Origin: a virus
Lineage: Duplodnaviria > Caudoviricetes
IMG/VR virus record: IMGVR_UViG_3300030104_002647
Span: 1,007 to 65,006 of that record
Direction: 5' to 3' (one strand)
Length of the DNA: 64,000 nucleotides
Position numbers and translations under genes: made by a program
Notes under the pieces: model-generated
Databases searched by the model: none
What the model was told of the DNA's origin: nothing
What the model saw: only the letters and a program-made list of their open reading frames with translations
Shown: one piece after another, positions 15,140 through 25,721 of the stretch
How positions within the stretch are numbered: position 1 is the stretch's first letter
Layout of the letters: each line of letters starts with the position of its first letter

Positions 15140-16003
15140 ATGTCGTACTTAAAGAATATGATTAGTGGAATGAACGCTATTGAAATCGTTCCTCATAATA
15201 CTATATATGTTCCAAATCCGGCTTTTTTAATTGTAAGAGATAGTAACTCAAATACAGTAGCTGATAAATTATATGATTCATCAATTACTACGCAAATATG
15301 GCAGGGTACAACAGATGGTGCGGCTACAGGTCAATTAGTTGATGGTACACAAAATTTTTTACTAAACTCTACACAAACACAAGCAGGTAGTGCTGCAGGT
15401 GCGGGAAAGTTTATTAAAGAAGGTAATGTAATTTTAAATTCAACAGATGCAACAGAGCATATAGTTTTAAATCCTGCATTTGTAAATCCAAATGCTCAGG
15501 TACAAAATGCAATACTCGTTAATGTTGCTGTACCTTTTAATAAAGCTTATACAATAGAAGCCGAAGGTTTTAAATCTAAACTTGGTGTGAAGGCAGGAGA
15601 TATTGTAGTAAACGAAGCTACCAAAAAGATGGCTTTAGTTACTGCTGTAACTGATGACCGTACTCTAGAACTTGATGCAGACATTTTTCAGTCGACAGCT
15701 GAGAAATATAGTATATACGGTGCTAATCCACCATCATCAAAAGGACAAGGTAATCCAAGCTATGTGGGTAATGCAGAGGGTTGTTTAATATATGTGGGAA
15801 CTACTACAGAATTTAAACAAGATATTGATGCGTCACCTAGTGGTACTGATGACCCAAGATATGTAGATATTAAAGTTAAAACAGTTGGAGGAGAAGATGT
15901 GCAATTTAATAACTTCCCTGTAGGAGAAGTATTGCCTGTACAGGTTGTTCAAGTTTTTGAAACACCAACAATAACTAATGCAAGATTAATAGCAATTTGG
16001 TAA
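15140..16003 (+). CDS. Putative structural protein
   Basis: Beta-rich, C-terminal G..LPVQV..V..T...LIAIW. Confidence 0.65.
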   Translation: MSYLKNMISGMNAIEIVPHNTIYVPNPAFLIVRDSNSNTVADKLYDSSITTQIWQGTTDGAATGQLVDGTQNFLLNSTQTQAGSAAGAGKFIKEGNVILNSTDATEHIVLNPAFVNPNAQVQNAILVNVAVPFNKAYTIEAEGFKSKLGVKAGDIVVNEATKKMALVTAVTDDRTLELDADIFQSTAEKYSIYGANPPSSKGQGNPSYVGNAEGCLIYVGTTTEFKQDIDASPSGTDDPRYVDIKVKTVGGEDVQFNNFPVGEVLPVQVVQVFETPTITNARLIAIW

Positions 16004-16088
16004 ATATAATAAAATGATATACACACAAACTAATACATGGTCGAATGATATAGCGTTTACATACGTTATGAAATAAAAGAAAAAAAAG

Positions 16089-16391
16089 ATGGCACATAAG
16101 ATATCCGAAGATACAAATGTAACTTTAGATTTAAAAACTATAGGAATGATTGTAGGATTTACGATATCTCTTGTGACCATGTATTTTACTTTAAAAGCTG
16201 ACATTGCCAATGCAGCTGAACTACCAAAACCTGAAGTTACTCAGGTTGAATTTTCATATAAAGACCAATTGACGAGAACGGTTGTTGAGGGGGTTCAAGC
16301 CGACATGACAACAATCAAAGAAGACGTTAAAGAAATAAAACTTCAACTAGACAAAATGGATGAAAGATTATATGAAATTAGCAAGAAATGA
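16089..16391 (+). CDS. Membrane-anchored coiled-coil protein
   Basis: N-terminal TM segment and heptad-repeat C-terminus. Confidence 0.7.
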   Translation: MAHKISEDTNVTLDLKTIGMIVGFTISLVTMYFTLKADIANAAELPKPEVTQVEFSYKDQLTRTVVEGVQADMTTIKEDVKEIKLQLDKMDERLYEISKK

Positions 16392-16723
16392 GACTATGGA
16401 TACTATTATTGATTTTATTTACTTCTACCGCTCACGCTCAGTATAAAGACGGAATAGTTGTTGTTCAATATAGTGCTGACTTCGTAAAAGCTGCTGAAGT
16501 AAATCTAGACGACCTAGATGGTGCAGACCAATTTAGATTTTACCTTACAGACCATCCCAAAATATTTAAAAAAGATAAGATAGTTTATCTTCCTACCGTA
16601 ATATTATATCACAATAGAAAAGAAATTATCAGAGTAGAAAGCAATATATCGCTTACTCTACCTGAAAATACATTAGAAGTAATTCAAGAACATATAAACA
16701 AAATTAAAAAAAGTAAGTTTTAA
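16388..16723 (+). CDS. Secreted thioredoxin-like fold protein without CxxC
   Basis: Signal peptide (AHA/Q), VVVQYSADF and I.YLPTVILY; no Cys. Confidence 0.55.
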   Translation: MRLWILLLILFTSTAHAQYKDGIVVVQYSADFVKAAEVNLDDLDGADQFRFYLTDHPKIFKKDKIVYLPTVILYHNRKEIIRVESNISLTLPENTLEVIQEHINKIKKSKF

Positions 16724-16724
16724 A

Positions 16725-17981
16725 ATGGATAGAAAAGAAAAAACAGAAAGGTTTTCATTGAACGCTATATTATACATGGTAATAATTTTTTTATTAGCAG
16801 CATTTACATATGGAGCACAAGCACAAGTTATAGTACAAGAGGATATTAAAATAAAAAAAGATAACATATTCAAAAAAGTATATAATGATTTTTTTAAATA
16901 TGGAACTTTCTATGTTGCAGGTAATGTAAATAATCCGTATCAAAAACAATCAATTGATTATGTAGTAAGAACTAATCCTAGCGGAAGTTTATATGATGTG
17001 CCGGTAGTTCAAGATGCTACTGAATATCATGAATTTGATTACAGATATGGATTAGGAATTAGACGTATAGCAAGATTCGATTATGAAAATAAAGAAAAAG
17101 CTTATTACGATGGTACGGAAAAAAATGTAGCATTATCTTCTCCTACAGCTGCATTTGATGGATGGGAATATTTATTTCATTGGGAGAAAGAAAGGGAAAG
17201 AGGTGAGGTGTTTACTAATCACCGTTACTTTCTTAGGCATACGGGTAATCATCACATTGTTAAAGTAGAGTCAAGAGCTGAAGGTAATGTAGGTTTTGAA
17301 TACAATTCGGCAGAAGTTAGGGGAAGACTACCAATAGGTAAAAAGTTTAGTATATCAGCGGGTGTTATAGCAAGAACTCATGACCAAGCATTTGGATACA
17401 ATCCTGTAGAAATTTGGTTAAATGAAACTAATGAAAGCGGATATGCATTGAATCCATGGTATACACTTGGATTCCAATACGGCTATGATGATATAGCATA
17501 TACCCAACAGGATGAGTTTGGGAATACAGTATATGATTGGTATTGGATTGACCCTGAAGGAAACATCGTAGCCGATAGTGATTTAGAGTTTCGTGAGACA
17601 GTCTTTGCTGACCTGATGAACAGATTTAACAGAGAGCAATGGGATTTACTTGATGCATTTGCAGAAGTAGCACCTATTGTCGGAATGGATTGGTATAGTT
17701 ATACAGATAAGGTATGGATTCATGCATATGCAAACTATATATTACCATATCATAAATACTTTAAAGGGGATGAAGCGTTTAGTTATTTAAATAGAAATAA
17801 TTGGGGATTAGGTGGATTAAGACAAGATTCTGAATTAGAACAATGGGATGACTATCAGTTTGGTTTAATTAGTGGGTGGTACATTACTTCAAAATTGAGT
17901 ATATTTGTAGAAGGAGAGTATACCAAATTTTGGGATACTGAAATTTTTAAATCTACTATAGGACTAAACATTGAATTATGA
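16725..17981 (+). CDS. Putative outer-membrane beta-barrel protein
   Basis: Signal peptide (AQA/Q), aromatic-rich amphipathic strands, C-terminal STIGLNIEL strand. Confidence 0.6.
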   Translation: MDRKEKTERFSLNAILYMVIIFLLAAFTYGAQAQVIVQEDIKIKKDNIFKKVYNDFFKYGTFYVAGNVNNPYQKQSIDYVVRTNPSGSLYDVPVVQDATEYHEFDYRYGLGIRRIARFDYENKEKAYYDGTEKNVALSSPTAAFDGWEYLFHWEKERERGEVFTNHRYFLRHTGNHHIVKVESRAEGNVGFEYNSAEVRGRLPIGKKFSISAGVIARTHDQAFGYNPVEIWLNETNESGYALNPWYTLGFQYGYDDIAYTQQDEFGNTVYDWYWIDPEGNIVADSDLEFRETVFADLMNRFNREQWDLLDAFAEVAPIVGMDWYSYTDKVWIHAYANYILPYHKYFKGDEAFSYLNRNNWGLGGLRQDSELEQWDDYQFGLISGWYITSKLSIFVEGEYTKFWDTEIFKSTIGLNIEL

Positions 17982-18436
17982 AAATAAGCGAACATATTAC
18001 ATACGCAGAAGCAATACACTCAAACACAGCTAAAAGAAAAAGAATAGACAACACACCAAATCCAACTCAAGTTGATACAATGAAGATGACTGCAGAAATG
18101 GTTTTTGAACCATTGAGAACATGGGTAGGCGGACCTATTAAAGTAAATTCATTTTTTAGGTCGGCTGAATTGAATGAAGCCATTCGGGGAGCAGCATCCT
18201 CGCAACATTGTAAGGGTCAAGCAATTGATATCGATGACGTATACGGACATAAAACAAATGCAGATATGTTTATGTATATAAGAGAAAACCTAGACTTTGA
18301 CCAATTAATATGGGAATTTGGTACGGATATGAATCCCAATTGGATTCATGTTTCATATGTATCTAAAGAAGAAAATAGAAATAGATGTTTAAAAGCATAT
18401 AAACAAGATGGTAGAACTAAATATAAAGTAATATGA
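17978..18436 (+). CDS. Endolysin, peptidase M15 family
   Basis: SFFRS..LN..I.G...SQHCKGQAID...WIHVSY Zn-peptidase motifs. Confidence 0.9.
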   Translation: MKISEHITYAEAIHSNTAKRKRIDNTPNPTQVDTMKMTAEMVFEPLRTWVGGPIKVNSFFRSAELNEAIRGAASSQHCKGQAIDIDDVYGHKTNADMFMYIRENLDFDQLIWEFGTDMNPNWIHVSYVSKEENRNRCLKAYKQDGRTKYKVI

Positions 18437-18846
18437 AAGAAATACTAGCAAAAATATTTGGAGGTAGTGCAGGTGAAGTAGGCGATAAATTATCTAACAT
18501 TGTAGACAGATTTGTTAGAACTAAAGATGAAAAAGCAGAATTTGAAAAAGAAATGACAGAGATACTAATAAATGCGGAAGCTGCTATGCAAAAAAATGTA
18601 ACTGATAGATGGAAAGCAGATATGACCTCTGACAATAAATTGTCTAAATCTGTAAGACCATTAGTTTTAATTTTTGTTATTGTATGTACTATGTTGTTAA
18701 TTTTTATTGATTCAGGATTTATTAACTTTGCAGTTGAAGAAAAATGGTCGGATTTATTGCAGATGCTTCTCATAACAATTGTTGCAGCATACTTCGGAGG
18801 ACGCTCATACGAAAAAGGAAATAAAATAAAGAATGGCAAAAATTGA
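18433..18846 (+). CDS. Holin (3TM/GTA-holin-like)
   Basis: RW.AD..SD..L.K.VRP, two TM segments, AYFGGRS.EK; follows the endolysin. Confidence 0.8.
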   Translation: MKEILAKIFGGSAGEVGDKLSNIVDRFVRTKDEKAEFEKEMTEILINAEAAMQKNVTDRWKADMTSDNKLSKSVRPLVLIFVIVCTMLLIFIDSGFINFAVEEKWSDLLQMLLITIVAAYFGGRSYEKGNKIKNGKN

Positions 18847-19552
18847 AACATACCCTCTATCTACACCTGTAGTTCCTGCGGATAAATGGATTGGTACTGA
18901 TGTAACTAATAATACAAAAAACTTTTCTGCAGCTGAGGTAGCTATATTTATGAATAAATATAATCGTATTGAATCTCAATCTTTAAGATATCAATATCAA
19001 GATTTAGAACCCGGTGATGCTAGATTAGCCGGAACTATCTCTTTCGATTCTACAAATACAGGAACAGTTCCTTTGAGTTCAATTACATCTTTTAAATTAA
19101 GCAAACAACAAATAAACAATGCTGTTGATGTGAGCACATATTATACAAACCCATTATTACAATCTACAGTATTAGTTTCACGAAGTGACGACCCTTCTAC
19201 CTTTGCAATTTATGAATGGGATTCAGCTGCTCAAGATGGTGTAGAAACTAATTTTTGGAACATTGGGGTTACTTACGCCACAGGGTATGGGAGTTTAGTT
19301 GATAGTGAAGATTATTTTATATCTTTGCTAACATATAAGTCTGACCCTGCAACGACCTACATTCATACACAAGGTGTAGCTTCAGCAACATGGACTATCA
19401 CACATAATTTAAATTCGTTTCCTTCAGTTACGGTAACGGATTCAGCTAACACTCCATATAGTGTTGCACAAGGACAGATTGTATATAACAACTCAAATCA
19501 GTTGACAGTTTCATTTTCAGCTGCATTTGCAGGAAAAGCATTTTTAAATTAA
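18833..19552 (+). CDS. Tail fibre anchor/adaptor protein
   Basis: MAKI.TYP...D..IGTD...TKNF N-terminus and W.ITHNL...PSV C-terminus. Confidence 0.6.
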   Translation: MAKIETYPLSTPVVPADKWIGTDVTNNTKNFSAAEVAIFMNKYNRIESQSLRYQYQDLEPGDARLAGTISFDSTNTGTVPLSSITSFKLSKQQINNAVDVSTYYTNPLLQSTVLVSRSDDPSTFAIYEWDSAAQDGVETNFWNIGVTYATGYGSLVDSEDYFISLLTYKSDPATTYIHTQGVASATWTITHNLNSFPSVTVTDSANTPYSVAQGQIVYNNSNQLTVSFSAAFAGKAFLN

Positions 19553-19567
19553 TAAAAGAAAGAAAAC

Positions 19568-21928
19568 ATGGCAATAAGATATTTGACTAACATTGATTTG
19601 ACGGAAAATGAAATACAGAACGTCAAAGCTCAAAACCTAGCATCTGACCCTACGGGTTATGCAGGTCAATTTATATTCAACACAACTTCTAATACTTTTA
19701 AGTATTACAATGGTTCTAGTTGGATAAGTTTAGATGGTACAGGAGATATTGCCGGTGTTACTGCAGGTGCAGGTCTATCAGGAGGTGGTACAAGTGGTAC
19801 TGTAACTTTAGCGGTAGATTACGCAGGTTCAGACAATGTCATATTAGAAGCTACTAATGCAGAGGGAAGTGCTATTGCAAGTAGTGATGTTATCATGTAT
19901 TCTGATTCTAATGATAGTGATAATGTAAAACATGGTCTTGTATCTGACTTACCATTCACAAATACTTCAGGTACAGTTACAAGTGTCGCATTAACTGAAA
20001 CAGGTAGTGCATTAACTATAACAGGTTCACCAATTACATCATCAGGAACTTTAAATATTGCAGGAGCAGGAACATCTTCACAAGTTATTTGTGGTGATTT
20101 ATCTTTAGCGACTTTAACAGATGGTACGGTAACTTCTGTAGGTATTACAGCAGGTTCAGGTATTTCTGTATCAGGTTCACCAATTACATCAAGTGGTAGT
20201 ATAACTGTTACCAACTCAGGTGTTACTTCTATTGTAGCAGGTACTAATGTAACTATTAGTGGGGCAACAGGTGCTGTAACAATAAATGCAGATACGCAAG
20301 GTGATATAACAGCAGTAAACGCAGGTACAGGTTTATCAGGCGGTGGCTCTACAGGTTCTGTTACTTTAAATGTTGATTATTCAGGTTCTGATAATGTTGT
20401 TTTAGCTGCCTCTGATGGAACATCAGTTACTTTAGCTGATACAGATGATATTTTATTCTCTGATGCTACTGATTCTGAGGTAAAATATGCTAACTTAACT
20501 CAGTTAGCAACTTACATTAATGCAGGAGCAGGTTCTGTTACTAGTGTAGCAGCAACTGCAGCTAACGGATTAACAGTAAGTGGTTCGCCAATTACATCTT
20601 CAGGAACACTAGCTTTTGGAATATCTGCAGGTGGAATTAATAACGATAGATTAGCTAACTCAACTATAAGTGGTGTTTCTTTAGGAAGTAACTTAAATTC
20701 TTTAAGTGCTTCTACAGGTTTAACAATGACATCTTATAATGGTTCAGCTGCTGTTAGTGATTTAAAAATAGATTACTTAGGAACTAACAATGCCATCGAA
20801 GCGGCTACCGATTTAGAAGGTACAGCTATAGCATCAGCAGATGTAATATGGTATAGTGATTCTGATGACAATAATATTAAGAAAGGTTTAGTTTCAGACT
20901 TACCTTTCGATGCTTCAGGTGGTACAGTCACATCCATTGCAACTCCGGCAGACGGAGGTTTAACGGGTGGTACAATAACTACTTCAGGAAGTTTAAGACT
21001 AAAAAATTATGGTTCTTTAAGTGCTAACAAAGTATTAAAGTGGGATAATTCAAATAATCAATTAACTGACTCGTTAATGACTGACGATGGTTCAACAGTA
21101 ACTATTGCAGGTAACTTAACAGTTAATGGTACAACTACAACAATCGATAGTACAACTGTATCCATCAAAGATAATATGATGGAGTACGCTAATGGCAATG
21201 ATGTTGCCGGTGGTGGTGCAAACTCAGTTGATATTGGATGGTTCGGTAACTATGTAATATCTTCAACTGACTATTATCCGGTTATGTTCTATGATGCATC
21301 AGCATCATCAAGTGCAAGTGCACCGGTCTTTAGACTAGGTAATGCTACTACTAAACCGGGAAGTACAGCTGCAATTGCAAATGTTGGTAAGCTATTCGCA
21401 AACATTGAAGGTACTATAACAGGTAATGCAGATACAGCTTCAGCTTTAGAAACAGCGAGAACAATAGCGTTGACAGGCGATGGTTCATGGTCAGTTACTT
21501 TTGATGGTTCAGCAAATGTTACAGGTGCTTTAACTTTAGCAACAGTAAATTCAACGGAAACTACTTCACAAGGTGGTGCGAGTAAATCTTTGACTATTAC
21601 AGCTAACGCTAAAGGTTTAGTTACTTCAATTGCGGAACAAGCTATATCTATTACAGCATCACAAGTAAGTGATTTTTGTACAGCTGTTGCAACTTGTATA
21701 GGTGATAATCATAGTTATGCACAAAATATTGGAAATGGTTCAGCTACTTCATATACTGTAACTCATAACTTAGGAACAAGAGATGTTTCTGTTCAATGTT
21801 ATGATAATAGTTCATATGATACAGTTTATTTGGATGTTGTGAGAACAAATACAAATTCACTAACCTTATCAACAACTTCAGCAATTGCATCGAATGATGT
21901 TAGGGTTTTAGTTAGTAAGGTTGGGTAA
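19568..21928 (+). CDS. Tail fibre protein with GSPITSSG repeats
   Basis: S/T/G-rich with repeated VTSV...GSPITSSG units and a THNLG C-terminal domain. Confidence 0.8.
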   Translation: MAIRYLTNIDLTENEIQNVKAQNLASDPTGYAGQFIFNTTSNTFKYYNGSSWISLDGTGDIAGVTAGAGLSGGGTSGTVTLAVDYAGSDNVILEATNAEGSAIASSDVIMYSDSNDSDNVKHGLVSDLPFTNTSGTVTSVALTETGSALTITGSPITSSGTLNIAGAGTSSQVICGDLSLATLTDGTVTSVGITAGSGISVSGSPITSSGSITVTNSGVTSIVAGTNVTISGATGAVTINADTQGDITAVNAGTGLSGGGSTGSVTLNVDYSGSDNVVLAASDGTSVTLADTDDILFSDATDSEVKYANLTQLATYINAGAGSVTSVAATAANGLTVSGSPITSSGTLAFGISAGGINNDRLANSTISGVSLGSNLNSLSASTGLTMTSYNGSAAVSDLKIDYLGTNNAIEAATDLEGTAIASADVIWYSDSDDNNIKKGLVSDLPFDASGGTVTSIATPADGGLTGGTITTSGSLRLKNYGSLSANKVLKWDNSNNQLTDSLMTDDGSTVTIAGNLTVNGTTTTIDSTTVSIKDNMMEYANGNDVAGGGANSVDIGWFGNYVISSTDYYPVMFYDASASSSASAPVFRLGNATTKPGSTAAIANVGKLFANIEGTITGNADTASALETARTIALTGDGSWSVTFDGSANVTGALTLATVNSTETTSQGGASKSLTITANAKGLVTSIAEQAISITASQVSDFCTAVATCIGDNHSYAQNIGNGSATSYTVTHNLGTRDVSVQCYDNSSYDTVYLDVVRTNTNSLTLSTTSAIASNDVRVLVSKVG

Positions 21929-21946
21929 TAATTAAATACAACCTTT

Positions 21947-24688
21947 ATGAATTTTTTAGCCAAAATTGATTCTAAAAGAATTGATGCTGCAGGTGATGTA
22001 AATATTACTGCAGGTGCTTTATCTATTACTACCGATGGCTCTAATAAAGCAACCCTTACTGAAAGCGGTAGTGGCGATTTCGAAATACATGCTGCTGATG
22101 ACTTAAGACTAAACGCTGATGGTCACGATATAGTTTTAAAAGGAGCAAGTAATGAATTTGGTAGATTAGCAAATGAGTCTCAAAATTTTATTATAAAAAA
22201 TATAACTGCTGATAAAGATATTATTTTTCGAGCAGATGATGGTGCAGGTTCAACAGAAACTTATTTTTACATAGATGGTAGTGCAAGTAAAAACGTCTCC
22301 AATAAAGATTTAAGAATAATAGACAGTAAAGATTTATCTCTTGGTTCTTCTGATGATATGCAGTTGCTACATAATGGAACAAATTCTTATATACAAAATT
22401 ACACAGGGGATTTACAAATAAATAGCCATGTTAATGGTGGAGATATATTATTTAGAGCTGATGACGGAACAGGTTCATTAACCACATATTTTTATTTAAA
22501 TGGTGACGATACAAATACTAACTTTCAAAAAGATGCTCTTTTTCCTGATAGCGTAAAAGCAAAGTTTGGGACTAGTGCGGATTTAACCATATATCACGAT
22601 GGTAGTCATAGTTACATCCAAGATGTAGGTACAGGAGATTTAAAAATTACAACAAGTGGTGGTGCAGTTAGAATAGATAAAGGAGTTTCTGAAAGTATTG
22701 CTGCATTTATTCCTGATGGTGCAGTAGAACTTTATTACGACAATAGTAAAAAGTTAGAAACTACAAGTGGTGGAGTAGAAGTAACAGGTAAAGTAGTAAC
22801 TACTGAAATAGAATCAGCAAGTACAATACTTTTAGATGCTGCAGCTGATATAACAATAGATGCAGGTGGTCAAGATATTATTTTAAGTCAGGATGCTACT
22901 ATATTTGGAACTATAAGTAATTCAAGTGGTCTTCAAATTAGGTCAAGAGTAAACGATGCAGATATGTTCTTGCGAGGTGTGGATGGAGGAGTAGAATTTA
23001 ACGCTCTTCAATTGGATATGTCTTCGGAGGGTGATGCATATTTCAACAGAAATATTGCTCTTAATGGTAAAATGGTGTTTAATAACAACCAAGAACTTAG
23101 ATGGGAAGATAGTAGTGGTACTGAAAGAACTGTACTTGAATTAGATTCATCAAACAACTGTTATTTAGGTACTTCAGCAGGTGGTAATTTATATTTAGTT
23201 AATGGTTCAAGTTACACAACAGCAGTAACTATTGATTCTTCTCAAAACGCAACTTTTGCAGGTGATATAACCTCAGGTAATATTAGTATAAATAAATCCA
23301 CAAATCCAAATATTCAATTATATAGAGAAAGTGCTACAACACAGTTATGGGAATTAAGTATTGATAGTAGCGGTAGGTTATTATTCCAAGAAGCTGCAAG
23401 TTCAGGTGGTACACAATACACAAGATTACAAATAGACGATACAGGTGAAGTTGATATTTACAATACACTTACAGCTACCGGCAATGTAACAGCTCCTGCT
23501 TTTTATATTTCAGGAGGTACAGGTAGTAATTATATTGATGTTATAAGTAATGATTTATACATTGTTGCAGCTGAAAAAAATATTATATATTCAGGTAATC
23601 AAGAAACAATAAGACTTGAAACTACAGGTCAAGTAGAGTTTGATAAGTATGGTGCACAAACTTTTACAGGTACTTCTGCATCATACTTAATTGCAACATC
23701 TGCAGGTGACATAATAGAAAAAACTCCGGCTCAAGTTAGAAGTGATATAGGAGCAGGTACAGGAAGTGGTAGCGTAACCTCTGTTGCGGTTACAGTAGGT
23801 ACAGGACTAGATGTTAGTGGTTCACCAATAACCTCAAGTGGCACAATCGATATTGATTTAGATTTAAGTGAATTAACATCAGCTACAGGTGCTATGGGTT
23901 CTTCAGATAATTTTGTGTTAAGCACAAGTGGTGGAAACAATAGAAAATCTACACCTAATTTAATAGGATTGTCTTTATTTAATAATGACTCAGGTTTTAC
24001 AACTAATACAGGAACAGTAACAGGTACAGGTTCTAGTGGTAGAATAGCTCTTTGGAATAGTAGCACAGGTCTTACAAGTGATAGTGATTTAGCATGGAAT
24101 AGTTCAACAAATAAATTAATTTTTGCTGATAACTCAGGGTATTCTCTTAAAAACAATAGCGGAGTTTTTGAGTTTAATACAGACCAAGATGATACATCTA
24201 CTAAAATTAATGGCTTTGGAGGCACAGGTTCATTAACGATAGGAGAAGGAACTATATTTACAGCAGGAAGTGGATTCTATGTTCCTTCAGGATATGGTAT
24301 ATCAGCAGGAACAACAGCAACAGCAAGTGGTACTATTAGAGCGACAGGTAATATCGTAGCATACTATTCAGACGAAAAATTAAAAGATTTTAAAGGAACT
24401 ATACCTAATGCTTTAGATAAAGTGTGTAAATTAAATGGTTATTATTATACACAAAATGAAAAAGCAGCAGAACTTGGATACGAAAATTATGAAAGGCAAG
24501 TAGGAGTTAGTGCACAGGAAGTGGAAAAGGTTATGCCTGAAGTGGTGGAAACTGCACCTATCTCTTACAACAATGACGAAGATTATTTAACAGTAGATTA
24601 TGGTAGATTAGTACCGCTTCTTATTGAATCAATCAAAGAATTAAAAAATGAAATAGAAATTTTAAAAAATAAATCATGTGGAAATTAA
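21947..24688 (+). CDS. Tail fibre/spike with intramolecular chaperone (peptidase S74) domain
   Basis: YSDEKLK...GVSAQEVEKVMPEVV...VDYGRLVPLLIESIKEL C-terminus. Confidence 0.88.
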   Translation: MNFLAKIDSKRIDAAGDVNITAGALSITTDGSNKATLTESGSGDFEIHAADDLRLNADGHDIVLKGASNEFGRLANESQNFIIKNITADKDIIFRADDGAGSTETYFYIDGSASKNVSNKDLRIIDSKDLSLGSSDDMQLLHNGTNSYIQNYTGDLQINSHVNGGDILFRADDGTGSLTTYFYLNGDDTNTNFQKDALFPDSVKAKFGTSADLTIYHDGSHSYIQDVGTGDLKITTSGGAVRIDKGVSESIAAFIPDGAVELYYDNSKKLETTSGGVEVTGKVVTTEIESASTILLDAAADITIDAGGQDIILSQDATIFGTISNSSGLQIRSRVNDADMFLRGVDGGVEFNALQLDMSSEGDAYFNRNIALNGKMVFNNNQELRWEDSSGTERTVLELDSSNNCYLGTSAGGNLYLVNGSSYTTAVTIDSSQNATFAGDITSGNISINKSTNPNIQLYRESATTQLWELSIDSSGRLLFQEAASSGGTQYTRLQIDDTGEVDIYNTLTATGNVTAPAFYISGGTGSNYIDVISNDLYIVAAEKNIIYSGNQETIRLETTGQVEFDKYGAQTFTGTSASYLIATSAGDIIEKTPAQVRSDIGAGTGSGSVTSVAVTVGTGLDVSGSPITSSGTIDIDLDLSELTSATGAMGSSDNFVLSTSGGNNRKSTPNLIGLSLFNNDSGFTTNTGTVTGTGSSGRIALWNSSTGLTSDSDLAWNSSTNKLIFADNSGYSLKNNSGVFEFNTDQDDTSTKINGFGGTGSLTIGEGTIFTAGSGFYVPSGYGISAGTTATASGTIRATGNIVAYYSDEKLKDFKGTIPNALDKVCKLNGYYYTQNEKAAELGYENYERQVGVSAQEVEKVMPEVVETAPISYNNDEDYLTVDYGRLVPLLIESIKELKNEIEILKNKSCGN

Positions 24689-24909
24689 CAAAACAATATT
24701 GGAAAGATATGTGGAAAGCTCTATGGAGTAAAACCACAATAGATGAAAAAGCTGTTGCGACAGTTAAAGAAATAAAAAAAAGATACAAATTAACTGCAGC
24801 AGAATTAGCTGATGTAGCTGATGCAATAAAAGAAGTTGGAAATCAACTTGGTGATATTGATGACGCAGTTAAAGGAAAAGCACGAAAGGGCAGAAAAGCT
24901 AAAAAATAA
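24676..24909 (+). CDS. Small amphipathic hypothetical protein
   Basis: 77 aa, W-rich N-terminus and basic tail. Confidence 0.7.
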   Translation: MWKLTKQYWKDMWKALWSKTTIDEKAVATVKEIKKRYKLTAAELADVADAIKEVGNQLGDIDDAVKGKARKGRKAKK

Positions 24910-25382
24910 TGGCAATACCATCGTCAGGAGCATTAGATTTTTTAAATATGGCTCGAGAATGTGCGTATGGTACATGGGGGTCGGGAAGTATAACGGGAGC
25001 TATATCTATTAGAGATTTAGTTGCCGGTGGTGATACATATGGGTCAGGTCAATCTTACCCATCTATTAACACATCAAGTGCTTCTTATCCTCCTAATTCA
25101 ACTCCTGTTCAGGCAAATTCATTTTACAGTTATGATAAAGATGCTTCATCATTGACTAGTTTTAATGGAAGTACAGGTGGAGGAAGTGGAAAAGCGGTTT
25201 GCGGTTCATCTACAGGTGTAACCTACTATCATGATGGTTCAGGAACTTATCCACAGGCAGGTGACAATGTTTACACCAACTCATCGGGAACTACACCTAT
25301 GGCTGATAACTATTATAAAATGGCAAACGGTGGACTATTGTTAGTTGAAGACGAACAGGCAAGTAGCGTAGGAGAATGTTAG
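24909..25382 (+). CDS. Putative tail-fibre tip/accessory protein
   Basis: MAIPSSGAL...FYSY N-terminal module plus a Cys-bounded C-terminal module. Confidence 0.65.
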   Translation: MAIPSSGALDFLNMARECAYGTWGSGSITGAISIRDLVAGGDTYGSGQSYPSINTSSASYPPNSTPVQANSFYSYDKDASSLTSFNGSTGGGSGKAVCGSSTGVTYYHDGSGTYPQAGDNVYTNSSGTTPMADNYYKMANGGLLLVEDEQASSVGEC

Positions 25383-25394
25383 ATAATAATTTAT

Positions 25395-25402
25395 TATCTT
25401 TG
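25395..25402 (+). promoter_or_regulatory. Promoter -7 element TATCTTTG
   Basis: Intergenic TAnnTTTG. Confidence 0.65.
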
Positions 25403-25442
25403 TAACAATTAAAATAATTATAAACACTTAAAATTAAATGAA

Positions 25443-25721
25443 ATGAGTAAAAAATTAACAGACGCAGAATTAGAATCAATTCAAAAATCACAAAACGACT
25501 TTACAAAAGCTAAATTAGTTATTGCTGACGTAGAGATGCGTAAAGTAGAAGTTCTAAAAGAAATCAACCAAATTAAGGAAGACTTCGCTAAAGTAGAACA
25601 AGAATTGATTAAGAAGTATGGAAAGGATAGTAGCATTAATATGCAAACCGGTGAAGTTAGAACCGCTGAGGATATAAAAGCTGAATCCGAAAAAGAAAAC
25701 GAATCAGAAAAAAAAGAGTAA
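25443..25721 (+). CDS. Coiled-coil protein, possible fibre chaperone
   Basis: Helical hairpin followed by L.KKYG...IN..TGE. Confidence 0.7.
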   Translation: MSKKLTDAELESIQKSQNDFTKAKLVIADVEMRKVEVLKEINQIKEDFAKVEQELIKKYGKDSSINMQTGEVRTAEDIKAESEKENESEKKE

